The translations under genes were made by a program, and so were the position numbers. Under the pieces are notes generated by a model that was given only the letters and a program-made list of their open reading frames with translations, ran no database searches and had not been told where the DNA came from. From an uncultured virus (IMG/VR IMGVR_UViG_3300028597_000008) (taxonomy: Duplodnaviria; Heunggongvirae; Uroviricota; Caudoviricetes), in the IMG/VR virus record IMGVR_UViG_3300028597_000008: DNA of 64,000 nucleotides, one strand, 5' to 3'. Positions 19,947-29,770 of this stretch are shown one piece after another (within the stretch, counting starts at the first letter, position 1; the number at the start of each line of letters is the position of its first letter).

Positions 19947-20481
19947 AGACGAGCGCAACGCGCTCAGGCGAATCATCAAGAAGCACAAAATCTATCAGCG
20001 CTATCTGGAACTGTTCGAAAAGAATCCGGCGTTCCGTATCAACTTCGACGCTTACCACGAAGAAATTGAAACGATGCACACCACGCGCCGTACGCGCACG
20101 TTGCGCCGGAAGAAAAACGTACAGTTTATTGAAAACGTTGTAGACGCAATGCTTGACGATCAGGCGTGCCGTTCGCGGTGTGCCGAAATACTCGGTGAGT
20201 GTGTCAAGATCAGTAACGCCATGGAAGAAAACCTTGGCAACGTTCGTGACTTTTTGCTTACCGAATTTGCGCGTCATTTGAAAGACATTGGCACGCAGGC
20301 AGAGCGTAAATCGTTCGTAGAGCAGGTGATGAAACGCTTCTATGAATTCTTCAATCAAGTCCAAACATTGGAAAAACATGCCCGACTCATTATCGAGGAC
20401 GTGGATAAGGCAGGATATACTTATCGCAATTTGGTGGAGGCGATAAAAGTCCTGTCACGACCGGAACAGGTGCAACTATGA
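19939..20481 (+). CDS. Hypothetical coiled-coil protein in the replication cluster
   Basis: 180 aa, helical, GTG start overlapping the upstream stop. Confidence 0.72.
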   Translation: MTKDERNALRRIIKKHKIYQRYLELFEKNPAFRINFDAYHEEIETMHTTRRTRTLRRKKNVQFIENVVDAMLDDQACRSRCAEILGECVKISNAMEENLGNVRDFLLTEFARHLKDIGTQAERKSFVEQVMKRFYEFFNQVQTLEKHARLIIEDVDKAGYTYRNLVEAIKVLSRPEQVQL

Positions 20482-20807
20482 AAACCGCATTCGTGTACGC
20501 AACAGAAGAAACTTTACAAACCGAAGCTGGAAATATTTTCAAGTATTTCCGAGACACTACGCTGCCCCGATGTGTGGAGCATGTGGTGGTTTTTGATTCT
20601 CCCACGACCGATACGGAACTGGGCGAGTTTCACGGTGAACTGATTGCGTACGCGGATGCAGCCGCACGGGAATTTCCGCCCGTGTATTTCATGACCGACG
20701 ACTTCGATTTCATTTCCCGCATCGTTGCAGAATTATCGACGTTGAACGCCAACGTGGCTTTCGAACTCACGCCGACGCAACGTGCAGCACTTCACAGCAG
20801 GGCCTAG
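20478..20807 (+). CDS. Hypothetical protein
   Basis: ATGA overlap, AGGTG RBS. Confidence 0.7.
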   Translation: MKTAFVYATEETLQTEAGNIFKYFRDTTLPRCVEHVVVFDSPTTDTELGEFHGELIAYADAAAREFPPVYFMTDDFDFISRIVAELSTLNANVAFELTPTQRAALHSRA

Positions 20808-20837
20808 TGCCCTGCTTTTCCTTTTTCTGGAGGCGAC

Positions 20838-21254
20838 ATGATCCTCTTTTTGATTCCTGTACCCGGCAATACTGGCGGTTACTACTTCGATACCTTGGCG
20901 AGCTATTTTGAAAATCCTTTCGAAAAAGATTCGCTAATGGATCGCATTGCACAAGAAATTCTGTACCACGGCGTTACCTTGCACGTTGGCCCCTATGAAG
21001 ATTTCGAACAAGCCGTTGAGCAGTTAGAAATGTTTCAGGGTTGGGTACGCAAGGAACTTTCCGTTGCTATCAAAAATGATGAGGCATTCGGCCCCGCACA
21101 CGTTTACACCAAAGGGTTTACGACGGAACAAATCTGCGCCCTGTTGGATATCATGCCAACTAAAGCCCCGCATTGTGTGCTGGCGCTCAAAATCGGAATG
21201 CCGCCCGGATCAACTGATACTGTAAATCCTTACGGTATGAACAAACTAGAGTAG
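20838..21254 (+). CDS. Hypothetical protein
   Basis: GGAGG RBS; 138 aa. Confidence 0.72.
   Translation: MILFLIPVPGNTGGYYFDTLASYFENPFEKDSLMDRIAQEILYHGVTLHVGPYEDFEQAVEQLEMFQGWVRKELSVAIKNDEAFGPAHVYTKGFTTEQICALLDIMPTKAPHCVLALKIGMPPGSTDTVNPYGMNKLE
21217..21226 (+). promoter_or_regulatory. Putative middle promoter motif ATACTGTAAA
   Basis: About 30 nt upstream of the helicase ATG. Confidence 0.5.
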
Positions 21255-21256
21255 CT

Positions 21257-22915
21257 ATGGACAAGATAATCGTATCGGATAAGCTGTATGTTCCAAGGCA
21301 CCATATTCCTGACAAGCGTGTCCAGAAACATTACTTCAAATCGTTCTTTTCCGATTACGGTTGCAAGCAGTGTGACTATCGCCCGCATCGCCCTGTTGAC
21401 CAGTGCAAAGGGTGTGAGAATTTTGGTGGCAGCTATCAACTGGCTGAAACCCGTGTCATTGGTAATATCGAATACATCGGTTTGCCGTTGGGTGACAGGG
21501 AAAACATTCAAGAAAAAATGCGCATTGATTTTGACGATTACAAGATCGTCGATAAGCGCACGCGTGCAGAATTCGATTACAAAATCAAAATTGATTTGGG
21601 TGAGGATCGCGACTGGTTCCCGCATCAAATCAAGACAGTCAAGCGCATGTCGAAAGCGAAGTACGGCCTGTTCATTCTGCCGCCGCGTTCTGGTAAATCG
21701 CTGACTGCCCTAAAGCTGGCAATTGAGTTGGGCCAAAAGGTTTTGCTGACGGCTGACCAATACGACTTCCTCAATCAGTTTATCGGGGATATCGAAGAGA
21801 GCACCAACCTCCCAGCGCTGCAAGAAAAGACTGGTAAAAAGCTGTACGGATTTGTCAAAACAAAAGAAGACCTCAAAGACATTCAGATTGGCATCATCAC
21901 GTACCAATCGTTCCTGTCGAAGAAAGGCCGCAAGCTGCTGAAAGCCTGCAACAAAACATTCGGCACAATTCTAGTGGACGAAGTGCAATCCACTGGCGCC
22001 CCGGAATTTGCGTGGGTGATGAACAATACCAAAATGCGTTATCGCTTTGGTTGTTCTGGTACGTGGACACGGAAAGACGGTAAGCACGTTATCATCAAGT
22101 TGGTGATTGGCGGGCCGAAGTCGGAAATCAAGCGGGCGCAGATGAAAGCGTCCATGATTGTCATTGACACGAAATTCAAATCGAAAGGCGTGTTCAAAGG
22201 CAAAGTCGGTTACGTGTATCTGTGTAAAAATCTTGCGAAAAACAAGAAGCGCAATGACCTGATTCTTGAGTGGGTGCACAAAGACCTTGAGGCTGGGCAT
22301 TCCATTGTCATTCCGCTACACTTCAAAGATCACATTGAAGAATTGGTATAACGTATCAACGATCACGTTGGGTACGAAGTTGCGGCCGCATTTGTTGGTG
22401 GCGGTGGCAAAAGAAACAAAGAGCGCCGGGACTGGATTAAAGATCAAGCGAGCAAACGAAATATTCGTGTCGTTGTCGGTATTCGTAAACTGCTGCAACG
22501 CGGTATCAACATCAAACCGTGGTCGTGCCTGTATTACGTCATGCCGATGAACAACCCGGAAAACTGGAAACAGGAAAGTTCTCGTATCCTGACGCCTGAC
22601 CCGGACAAGCGCAAACCGATCATTCGTTTCTTCGCAGATAGCGGCGCGAATGCATCATTGAAATATCTGGCTAATACATGGGGCCAGTCGCTCAAGTACG
22701 CACACGAACCAACGCCGACCGCATTGGATCGTTTCCGCGCTATTACGAAAAATGTAAAGCGTGATATATCATACGAAGACGCTGACGCCGAGTCTGAATC
22801 CAGCACCGTGGGCATACGTCCATCGGGTGGTTTGTTTGGTGGCATTGCTGGTGGCATCGCAGCTAAACGAAGCGACAACAAAGCCGCTTATTGGAAAAAG
22901 AAAAAGGAAAAATGA
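21257..22915 (+). pseudogene. SF2 (UvsW/Rad25-like) DNA helicase interrupted by one in-frame TAA at 22349-22351
   Basis: N-terminal CxxC...CxxC; PPRSGKS (I), DEVQ (II), SGT (III); the same frame continues after the TAA with LLQRGINIKPW (V) and KQESSRIL (VI) to TGA 22915. Confidence 0.85.
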
Positions 22916-23139
22916 TGAGTGTTATCATCTTGAAGGCGCCACGCGAAAAAACCGCAGAAGAGCGCCGAGAGTGTGAGGTGTTTACGCAGAACTACAACGC
23001 GCATACCGCTCACACCCAAGAAGAAATTCACCGTCACCTTGAATGCAACCCACTGAAAGCCGTTGGCTACGTTGAGTGGTCAGTTGCTGCCATCCTTGGG
23101 TTGTTTTTTCTCTACTGGCTTTGGCGAAATAAGAAATAA
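22912..23139 (+). CDS. Small membrane protein
   Basis: ATGA overlap; C-terminal hydrophobic helix WSVAAILGLFFLYWLW. Confidence 0.65.
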   Translation: MMSVIILKAPREKTAEERRECEVFTQNYNAHTAHTQEEIHRHLECNPLKAVGYVEWSVAAILGLFFLYWLWRNKK

Positions 23140-23187
23140 ATCACATGGTTCATAACAGAGCCACTTACTGAAAAAGAAGGGTAGAAA

Positions 23188-24012
23188 ATGGATACGAAAC
23201 CAACGATTGTTATTGAACTGGCGCAATTGCGCGGCATGCGACATGGCGACCCTGACGACATTCCACACGTACGGGTTTGCATGTTCGAACCTCGTAAGGA
23301 AAAGGAAGAGGATCGTTGCGGTTTCGCTGGCGTAATGAATCGCAAAGCTGACTTTCGTTGGTTTCTTCCTGACGACAATTTCCCCAAGTTTTTGACGGAG
23401 AATTTCTCGTTTGAACCTAGCCACACAACCAAACGCCAGCGCCTCGATGAATCGGCCTTTGAAATTGAAGGTCAACAGTACATCGTGAATCTGGATCGTG
23501 GCAGTTGCCAGCCGCGTCTCGACTGGTTCGTGTTGGGCACGTACGTGGTCGATGGTGTTGAACACAACGTTTTAGGTTTTACGAAACACGATTTGCGTTC
23601 ACGCGTAATTGCACCGGGTTTGAAAGACGGCTGCGCCTACGAATTGAATACTGCAATGCGTTATGCAGATGAAGAGTTTTTCGACTTCCTGCACCTCGCG
23701 TTGACCAAACACGGTTTCACCACGAAATACGTAAAACCGGGTGCACGAAAATTCGTTGAGCTTGAATGCATTCCTCGCCCGGACGGCGTTAAATTCCATC
23801 GCTACAAATGTGAAGTGACCGGCCAAGAATTGCTTGCGAGCAGTTTCCACCGCCCGAATTATCATTTCCCTGAGTTCACCGTTTACGCTGCCACGAAATC
23901 GGATCATCCATTCGGTCTGGATACGTCGGAAAAAATGAAAAACGCATTGCAACACACTTTGGATTGGAATGGTCAGTTCTCCATTGACGAAGACTTCAAG
24001 TGGATCGTATGA
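23188..24012 (+). CDS. Hypothetical protein
   Basis: 274 aa, AAGGG RBS. Confidence 0.75.
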   Translation: MDTKPTIVIELAQLRGMRHGDPDDIPHVRVCMFEPRKEKEEDRCGFAGVMNRKADFRWFLPDDNFPKFLTENFSFEPSHTTKRQRLDESAFEIEGQQYIVNLDRGSCQPRLDWFVLGTYVVDGVEHNVLGFTKHDLRSRVIAPGLKDGCAYELNTAMRYADEEFFDFLHLALTKHGFTTKYVKPGARKFVELECIPRPDGVKFHRYKCEVTGQELLASSFHRPNYHFPEFTVYAATKSDHPFGLDTSEKMKNALQHTLDWNGQFSIDEDFKWIV

Positions 24013-24194
24013 AAGATGACCGCGAAGATGAAGCCCTTCAACATGCACGGAATAAAGGTGCATCAGAACGCGACCGGCGAATCCTTTTCCACGATGGTGG
24101 GATTTATCCGCCAGACCGCAATCTCTATCTGGTCGAAAATCAAGGCGACAATCGCAAAGCGCGTCGCTTGGCAAACAAAGGAAAAAAGAAATAA
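24009..24194 (+). CDS. Small hypothetical protein
   Basis: Coupled at both ends (ATGA at 24009, TAATG at 24192-24196). Confidence 0.6.
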   Translation: MKDDREDEALQHARNKGASERDRRILFHDGGIYPPDRNLYLVENQGDNRKARRLANKGKKK

Positions 24195-24451
24195 TGCATC
24201 CTAAAGTAATGGAAGAAATGGCATCGCTGACAACCGAAGACGGACAGGCGTTTGATCCTGCGCGTATGCGGGAATACATCAAGCCGCTGACCGCCGAAGA
24301 AATCAACGCGTTGACGCCCGCCGAGGCACAGGCGCGCATGTTCCTGTTAAAGGCAATTCAAAGCAAATCCATGTCGCCGAAAGAAATGAAGCGTCACAAA
24401 CGTTCGCAGAAATTCAGCGCCAAACTGGCACAGCGTCTGCGCGGTAAATAA
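24194..24451 (+). CDS. Hypothetical protein
   Basis: 85 aa, TAATG coupling. Confidence 0.7.
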   Translation: MHPKVMEEMASLTTEDGQAFDPARMREYIKPLTAEEINALTPAEAQARMFLLKAIQSKSMSPKEMKRHKRSQKFSAKLAQRLRGK

Positions 24452-24461
24452 GGGGAAAGAA

Positions 24462-25034
24462 ATGGGCGTCCTGCACTACGCACTCAACCACACACGCCGT
24501 GAAGCATTCATTCTTGACAAGGCCATCAGCAATTATGGTTTTGAAAAAGAAAAGCTGCCAAAAACCTACGAAGAAATGTATGCGTATGTCTGGTCGGAAA
24601 TTGACCCTGAGCACAATTTCGTAGACAAAGAGTACGGCACGCCGGAAACTGCTGAGCGAATTGCAAAAGCGTTGTGGGCGTGGGGAGTGGAGGACGGCAT
24701 TTCCGATTCCAGCGACGATCAAATCGAAGAGGAATACTGCGACTACAAATTCACCGGTTCGCTTTTCGAAAACGATCCGCAAATCGGCCATTTCATGTAC
24801 ATGCATTTCCGCCACGATGAGAAACTGCCGGGCCGTCCGCTCATGATGGTTGTTATGGGTGAAAATGGATATGAGCGGCGAATTGTAGATCACGTTCTTG
24901 AGCGTGAAGACTACACGTACGGGCGTCCAATGAAACTGCGCAAGTACGTGCCAAGTATGGCCGACGATGAAGAAATGATTGAAGGCACCAGCATTGTTTG
25001 TGGAATGCGAATTCCCATGATTGTGAGAAAGTGA
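24462..25034 (+). CDS. Hypothetical protein
   Basis: 190 aa, AAGGGG RBS. Confidence 0.75.
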   Translation: MGVLHYALNHTRREAFILDKAISNYGFEKEKLPKTYEEMYAYVWSEIDPEHNFVDKEYGTPETAERIAKALWAWGVEDGISDSSDDQIEEEYCDYKFTGSLFENDPQIGHFMYMHFRHDEKLPGRPLMMVVMGENGYERRIVDHVLEREDYTYGRPMKLRKYVPSMADDEEMIEGTSIVCGMRIPMIVRK

Positions 25035-25035
25035 A

Positions 25036-25161
25036 ATGGAAAACGAATTGGATTACGACGACAACGACGCGGTGTGCATTCACGGCAACTACTACAATCA
25101 GGTTGAATGCGAAGAGTGCAACGCGGATGAGGAAATTCCTGATTCCGGGGAAGAGGAATAG
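25036..25161 (+). CDS. Small acidic Cys/His (possible Zn-binding) protein, below the ORF-track cutoff
   Basis: MENELDYDDNDAVCIHGNYYNQVECEECNADEEIPDSGEEE*; fills the gap between neighbours almost exactly. Confidence 0.6.
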   Translation: MENELDYDDNDAVCIHGNYYNQVECEECNADEEIPDSGEEE

Positions 25162-25163
25162 AA

Positions 25164-25823
25164 ATGTGGGATAGCATACGCGAATTCTTTGGATGTGAAC
25201 CACGTTCGCAAAAAGTAGCGCGCCTGTGGGATGAGGCATACCAGAAAGGAGTTGCGCACGTTAATTCCTTTCGAACCGCACTACATACAAAGGGTGAGCC
25301 GGGTGTGGGCGTACCCGGTTTGCGTTACGACATTCCAAAAAACAAAGTAGCGGAACTTTGGTCTGACGTTAATGCGCTGTACGACGGCGGTGGGTTTTTC
25401 GAAGGCGTGCGGGATCGCCTTGAGGAATTGAAACACTACAACTCAGGCATAAATGATTCGATATGTGAAATACACGAGCGTATAAGAGCAGAATACGCAC
25501 CGTATTCTACTTCTGTGCCAACTATTATCAACACTGAACGTAGGCCACTGTTGCGTGCGGAACGCAATCGCAAATTCTATCGTCTCGTGGCGCGTGCCCC
25601 GATGCTGGATAGTGAAACATTTGCGTGTGAATTTCGCGATGTGTTTCGAGAATCAAAAGAAGACGACTCCATCTGCAATGCGCTATTAAAACGCATGCTA
25701 GAGGATGATGAGTGGATCGCCTCTCAACATGTAGAGTTTGAGCAATACAACAAGTTCGCTAACCCGCGCCCACGCACGATGGAAGCCTTTCTCACGGCAC
25801 GTGGAAATACTGTAAATAACTAG
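25164..25823 (+). CDS. Hypothetical protein
   Basis: 219 aa, GAGGA RBS. Confidence 0.7.
   Translation: MWDSIREFFGCEPRSQKVARLWDEAYQKGVAHVNSFRTALHTKGEPGVGVPGLRYDIPKNKVAELWSDVNALYDGGGFFEGVRDRLEELKHYNSGINDSICEIHERIRAEYAPYSTSVPTIINTERRPLLRAERNRKFYRLVARAPMLDSETFACEFRDVFRESKEDDSICNALLKRMLEDDEWIASQHVEFEQYNKFANPRPRTMEAFLTARGNTVNN
25807..25816 (+). promoter_or_regulatory. Putative middle promoter motif ATACTGTAAA
   Basis: About 28 nt upstream of ATG 25845. Confidence 0.5.
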
Positions 25824-25844
25824 AAAGCCTTATTGAGCGTAGAT

Positions 25845-26510
25845 ATGCCTAGAATTCGACAACCTGCACCGACGCTGAATTTCAAATATACAGCGGATCG
25901 TGTGAAGACGTTAAAAATGCAAGGCGTTGACGGTTCGGCGTTTGCAGTTTTGCGGCGTCCGTTCCTACTGGATGATGCACTGGTGTCCATCACTCCAATG
26001 GTGCCGGATTGGTTGCCGGAAGATTTTGATATTCCAAAAACCAGCGTGAACCGTCAGATTGAAGCCTGTCACAAATTGCTGATTGATCCATTACGCGGTA
26101 GTGCAATTACCTGTATCGGTTCAATGGTTACAGATGACCGCGCAAAATTCCTCGCCATGAGTATCATGAACGAGGCAATTGATATGCAGAAACAAGGTAG
26201 TCACCGTGGCAAGCTGTTGCCAATTTGGCATCGCGTTATGGGTGGCTACTACGATGAATTGCGTGATGCGAAAGAACGTAAAAATATCTCCTTGCTGGTT
26301 ATTGCAAACGTAGGGCCGGATTCCACACCGCAAAAGATTGAAAAGGTGCGTGACCTGCTGGAGAAGTATGACCACATTCCACGAATTGTTGTGGTGAATG
26401 GTTCTGATCCTGTTACCTTTTTCGCATCGAAAATTCGTATGACTATGCAGAACGCGATCCTGCTGAATAGCGCACGTTCTGACAAGGCCGATCTATTGAG
26501 ACTGCTATGA
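25845..26510 (+). CDS. Degenerate DnaC/IstB-like AAA+ fold protein
   Basis: ITCIGS...AKFLAMSIMNEA...LLVIANVG...RDLLEKY..IPRIVVVN follows the DnaC layout, but Walker A and B are degenerate. Confidence 0.5.
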   Translation: MPRIRQPAPTLNFKYTADRVKTLKMQGVDGSAFAVLRRPFLLDDALVSITPMVPDWLPEDFDIPKTSVNRQIEACHKLLIDPLRGSAITCIGSMVTDDRAKFLAMSIMNEAIDMQKQGSHRGKLLPIWHRVMGGYYDELRDAKERKNISLLVIANVGPDSTPQKIEKVRDLLEKYDHIPRIVVVNGSDPVTFFASKIRMTMQNAILLNSARSDKADLLRLL

Positions 26511-27322
26511 AACTCACATTCGCCGACCTGCAAGCAATTCGCGACGACGAAATTCAGTTAAAGAAACTCACAGACATAGTGCACACCACTTACGCATTAT
26601 TGTGCGCGCTATGCCGTCTTGATTATTCGACCATGAATAAACCCGATGATGACGATGACGATGAGGACGACGAAGACGTAATTATGTCTGCCTCGCGTGA
26701 ACTCATTATTGCAGGTGACATGGCGGAATTGTCTGACCTAAAAATGTCTTTGGGTAAAGAATTGGCTGAACTTGAAAACGACGCCGGTTTGTATGACGAA
26801 CACGAATTCGAAAGAATGCGTAAAGCCATTGAAGAACGTATGGGCACACGCACCGAGCGCCAAGCGGACGACGATGATTTCATTGAATTCGAAGGCCAGA
26901 AATCAAAGAAAGGCGATTCGTATTCTTATAGCATGAAAGATTTGTTCCGTATGATTCGACAGGCCAGCCATCCTGACAAGATCATGCGATTCAGTGCAGA
27001 AACAAAATCCAGAATTCTGGATTGTTTTCACGATGCAAAAGAACACTATGCGGATGACAACTATCCGGCAATGGTTCTCTGCTACATTGAAATCTTTTTG
27101 CTGCGCGGCGATCCACGGCCAATCAATTATTACCTTTGGAAATACGCAAAGCAACGCCACATTCAAATCGAAGCAAACCTGAAATTCATTATGGAAAAAC
27201 CGTATATGCCTGCAATCACTGCATATCGGAAAGGTAATGTTGAACGGGCTAAAAAGCTTTTCAAAGAGTATTGGGCCACCACGCAAGCTGACCCAATGGA
27301 CGATATGGATTGTTTTAAGTAA
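26507..27322 (+). CDS. J-domain (HPD motif) containing protein
   Basis: MKDLFRMIRQASHPDK resembles DnaJ helix II plus HPD; acidic tracts. Confidence 0.6.
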   Translation: MKLTFADLQAIRDDEIQLKKLTDIVHTTYALLCALCRLDYSTMNKPDDDDDDEDDEDVIMSASRELIIAGDMAELSDLKMSLGKELAELENDAGLYDEHEFERMRKAIEERMGTRTERQADDDDFIEFEGQKSKKGDSYSYSMKDLFRMIRQASHPDKIMRFSAETKSRILDCFHDAKEHYADDNYPAMVLCYIEIFLLRGDPRPINYYLWKYAKQRHIQIEANLKFIMEKPYMPAITAYRKGNVERAKKLFKEYWATTQADPMDDMDCFK

Positions 27323-27338
27323 TAATTTCGCAATACCG

Positions 27339-27367
27339 AAAGGGAGCCTAGTGCTCCCTTTTTTTTT
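27339..27367 (+). terminator. Intrinsic terminator
   Basis: AAAGGGAGC-CTAGT-GCTCCCTTT then a T run. Confidence 0.9.
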
Positions 27368-27386
27368 GGTTTAATTCCCCTTTAAG

Positions 27387-27398
27387 TAATTTAAACAT
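27387..27398 (+). promoter_or_regulatory. Putative late promoter motif TAATTTW
   Basis: TAATTTAAACAT between the terminator and tail sheath gene 1. Confidence 0.55.
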
Positions 27399-27465
27399 AG
27401 TGGAAAAGACGATTCTTACGGGTTTGCTCTTCCCATATACCAACGATACAAAGGGGTTTTATTCC

Positions 27466-29109
27466 ATGGCTTTTGAAAATACCAGTGCTGGTGTTTACGA
27501 CCGGGATCAAGACCTGAGCCAACGCAGCCCAACCGTTATTTCGTCGATTGCTTCCATTGTGGTTGAATCGTCGAAAGGTGAGCTGGATTGGACTTGGGTT
27601 TATGATGAGCAAGAACTGAAAGATAAATACGGTGTTAAAAGTTTCGCCAAATACGGTTTTGGTCTGCATTGCGCAGAACATCACCTCGGTGAATCCCGTA
27701 TTCTCGTTCGCCGTGTAGTGGACAAAGCGACTGCGCGCACTGCTGGTGCGTACCTGAGCGTTGACGATACCGAAGCAAGCGAACCGGTAATGAAACTGGT
27801 GAATTTTGACGATGGCACCAATCAGCCAAAAGGCGTGTTGGGCGATCCGATGGAAGAAATCGGTTTTACTCCCGATAAAGCAGGTATCAAAAACGTCCTG
27901 ATGTTTATTGCGGCACGTTCTCCGGGTTCGTGGTCGGACAGCATTTCTGTTCGCATTCGCCCGAGCGCACCGCAAGGCACTTTGCCCGGTGAACATTCGG
28001 ACGCAAAACAGTTTTACGTAGAAGTTTTCGTGAACTACGTAGGTAGCGCATCCGTTCCTGTTGAAACTTTCCTCTGCTCGCGTAGCGTGGAATTGGACGG
28101 CATGGGTAGCCAATTGTTCGTTGAAGATAAAGTCAACGCCAATTCCAATTACATTCGTATCAAAAACAATCCACTGGCTCCGCTGGTTGAATTCCACACC
28201 GAAGTTTTCGAATGGCTTTCTGGTGGCGTTGACGGCGAACGTGCAACCACCCAGCAAATCATTGACGCGTGGGAAGGTATCGAAGACACCGAAGTTTTCG
28301 AAGTGCAAATGCTGATTGGTGCTGGTTACACGCACCCATTCGTGCATCAGGCAATCATCAAGAAAGCCGAAGCACGCGGTGACGCAATTGCGATTTGCGA
28401 TATTCCTCGCGAATTCCAACAAACTGCACGTGCTGTGAACTATCGGAATAACACTCTGAATATTTCGAACAGCTACGGCACAATGTACACCCCATGGGTA
28501 CAGCTTACCGATGACGTTACCGGTAAGAAATTCTGGTGCCCGCCGTCTGGTTTGGTTGCTGCGCGTTATGCGTACACCGACCGCACCAAAGCCTATCACT
28601 GGGCGCCTGCTGGTATCGACCGTGGCCGTATTCCTGTTTCTGATTTGGAATACAAATACAACAAAGACGAACGCAACGCACTGGATCAAGCGCAAATCAA
28701 CATCATTCGGAAAATTCCGGGTCGTGGGTTTGTTATCTTCGACCAGCAAACGCTGCAAACTTTTGCGTCGAATCTGCAACTCATCAACGTGCGTCGTCTG
28801 GTGAACGGTATTAAGTCGATTATTCGCAAATCGTTCCTGCCATCGGTATTCAACCCGAACGATTCTTTCGAACGGTTGAAAGTGAAAAATCTGGTGGATG
28901 GCGAAGCGCAGAAAGCGGTTGATAGCCGGGGTATCAACGAGTTTGAAACCATTTGCGACGAACGCAATAACACGACTGCCGTTGTCGCGAATAACGACAT
29001 GAAGGTCGATTTCATCGTTGATCCGAAAATCCCTGCGAAACGCGTTCATTTGGGCGCTGATATTCGCAACATGGGACAAGGCCGAAACATCACCTTCACC
29101 GAGAGCTAA
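27466..29109 (+). CDS. Tail sheath protein (paralogue 1)
   Basis: SAGVYDRDQDLS N-terminus, ARSPGSWSD, RGDAIAICD, YTPWV, PPSG, HWAPAG..RG, INVRRL, FNPND; AAGGGG RBS before ATG 27466. Confidence 0.92.
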   Translation: MAFENTSAGVYDRDQDLSQRSPTVISSIASIVVESSKGELDWTWVYDEQELKDKYGVKSFAKYGFGLHCAEHHLGESRILVRRVVDKATARTAGAYLSVDDTEASEPVMKLVNFDDGTNQPKGVLGDPMEEIGFTPDKAGIKNVLMFIAARSPGSWSDSISVRIRPSAPQGTLPGEHSDAKQFYVEVFVNYVGSASVPVETFLCSRSVELDGMGSQLFVEDKVNANSNYIRIKNNPLAPLVEFHTEVFEWLSGGVDGERATTQQIIDAWEGIEDTEVFEVQMLIGAGYTHPFVHQAIIKKAEARGDAIAICDIPREFQQTARAVNYRNNTLNISNSYGTMYTPWVQLTDDVTGKKFWCPPSGLVAARYAYTDRTKAYHWAPAGIDRGRIPVSDLEYKYNKDERNALDQAQINIIRKIPGRGFVIFDQQTLQTFASNLQLINVRRLVNGIKSIIRKSFLPSVFNPNDSFERLKVKNLVDGEAQKAVDSRGINEFETICDERNNTTAVVANNDMKVDFIVDPKIPAKRVHLGADIRNMGQGRNITFTES

Positions 29110-29114
29110 GAGAA

Positions 29115-29759
29115 ATGGCTGAGAAAAACCTCGAACTCATTATCGACGCGCTGCGTGTGGTTTCCGATATCCAGAACATGGACGAAACCAACCCAATCAC
29201 GCACCGCCAGTCGAATCCGACAATTCGCAAAGTGAACACCGTTGTGTGTGCATATCGCGAACCCTACAACCTGATCGTGCCGCTGAATTTCATTTGGTTC
29301 TGCTTCGATCCACAAAGCGATTATTACGGTGCAGCTTTGCGCCGTGTTTCGAAAGAAGCTGATCCACAAAAAGGTTTCGTTCACACGTACGAAGTGATCG
29401 ACACCATGGCGCAATATGAAGAGGATCAATATTACGACGACGAAGACGCCGCGCTTCTGGCTCAAAATGATCCGCTGCCAATTGCGACCGATGATGTTCT
29501 CGGTATTGCGCGTCTTTCGGTTGCCCCTGTAAGCGGCGCAACGCCAATTGCCGTGGGCGATAACGATCCGCGCATGAGCGATCCACGCGAACCAACCGAA
29601 CACACGCACCCGGAAGTTCCAGCAACACAAATCAAAACCAAAACTGGCGTTGTCACCGTTGGCAATAGCGCGGCACCAGTCACCGGTTCGGTTCTGATTG
29701 CCACCAGTCCAAATACTGCTGTATGGCGTCCGCTGACTTCCAACGACATTCAAAAATAA
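29115..29759 (+). CDS. Putative tail-fibre/collar-associated structural protein
   Basis: Fibre-like GIARLS...AVGDNDPRMSDPREPTEHTHP; paralogous to the N-terminus of the next gene. Confidence 0.6.
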   Translation: MAEKNLELIIDALRVVSDIQNMDETNPITHRQSNPTIRKVNTVVCAYREPYNLIVPLNFIWFCFDPQSDYYGAALRRVSKEADPQKGFVHTYEVIDTMAQYEEDQYYDDEDAALLAQNDPLPIATDDVLGIARLSVAPVSGATPIAVGDNDPRMSDPREPTEHTHPEVPATQIKTKTGVVTVGNSAAPVTGSVLIATSPNTAVWRPLTSNDIQK

Positions 29760-29770
29760 GGGCGCGAAAC

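Noticed and set aside
22349..22351. Alternative genetic code (TAA reassigned)
   Set aside because: TAA ends many well-defined genes here (MCP, both sheaths, tube, polA, dcd); only one gene is interrupted
22541..22915. Independent 124-aa gene after the helicase
   Set aside because: It is the in-frame C-terminal part of the helicase, starting between motifs V and VI, with no RBS
24016..24204. Alternative 62-aa ORF overlapping 24009-24194
   Set aside because: The 24009 frame is translationally coupled at both ends, so it is the more likely gene
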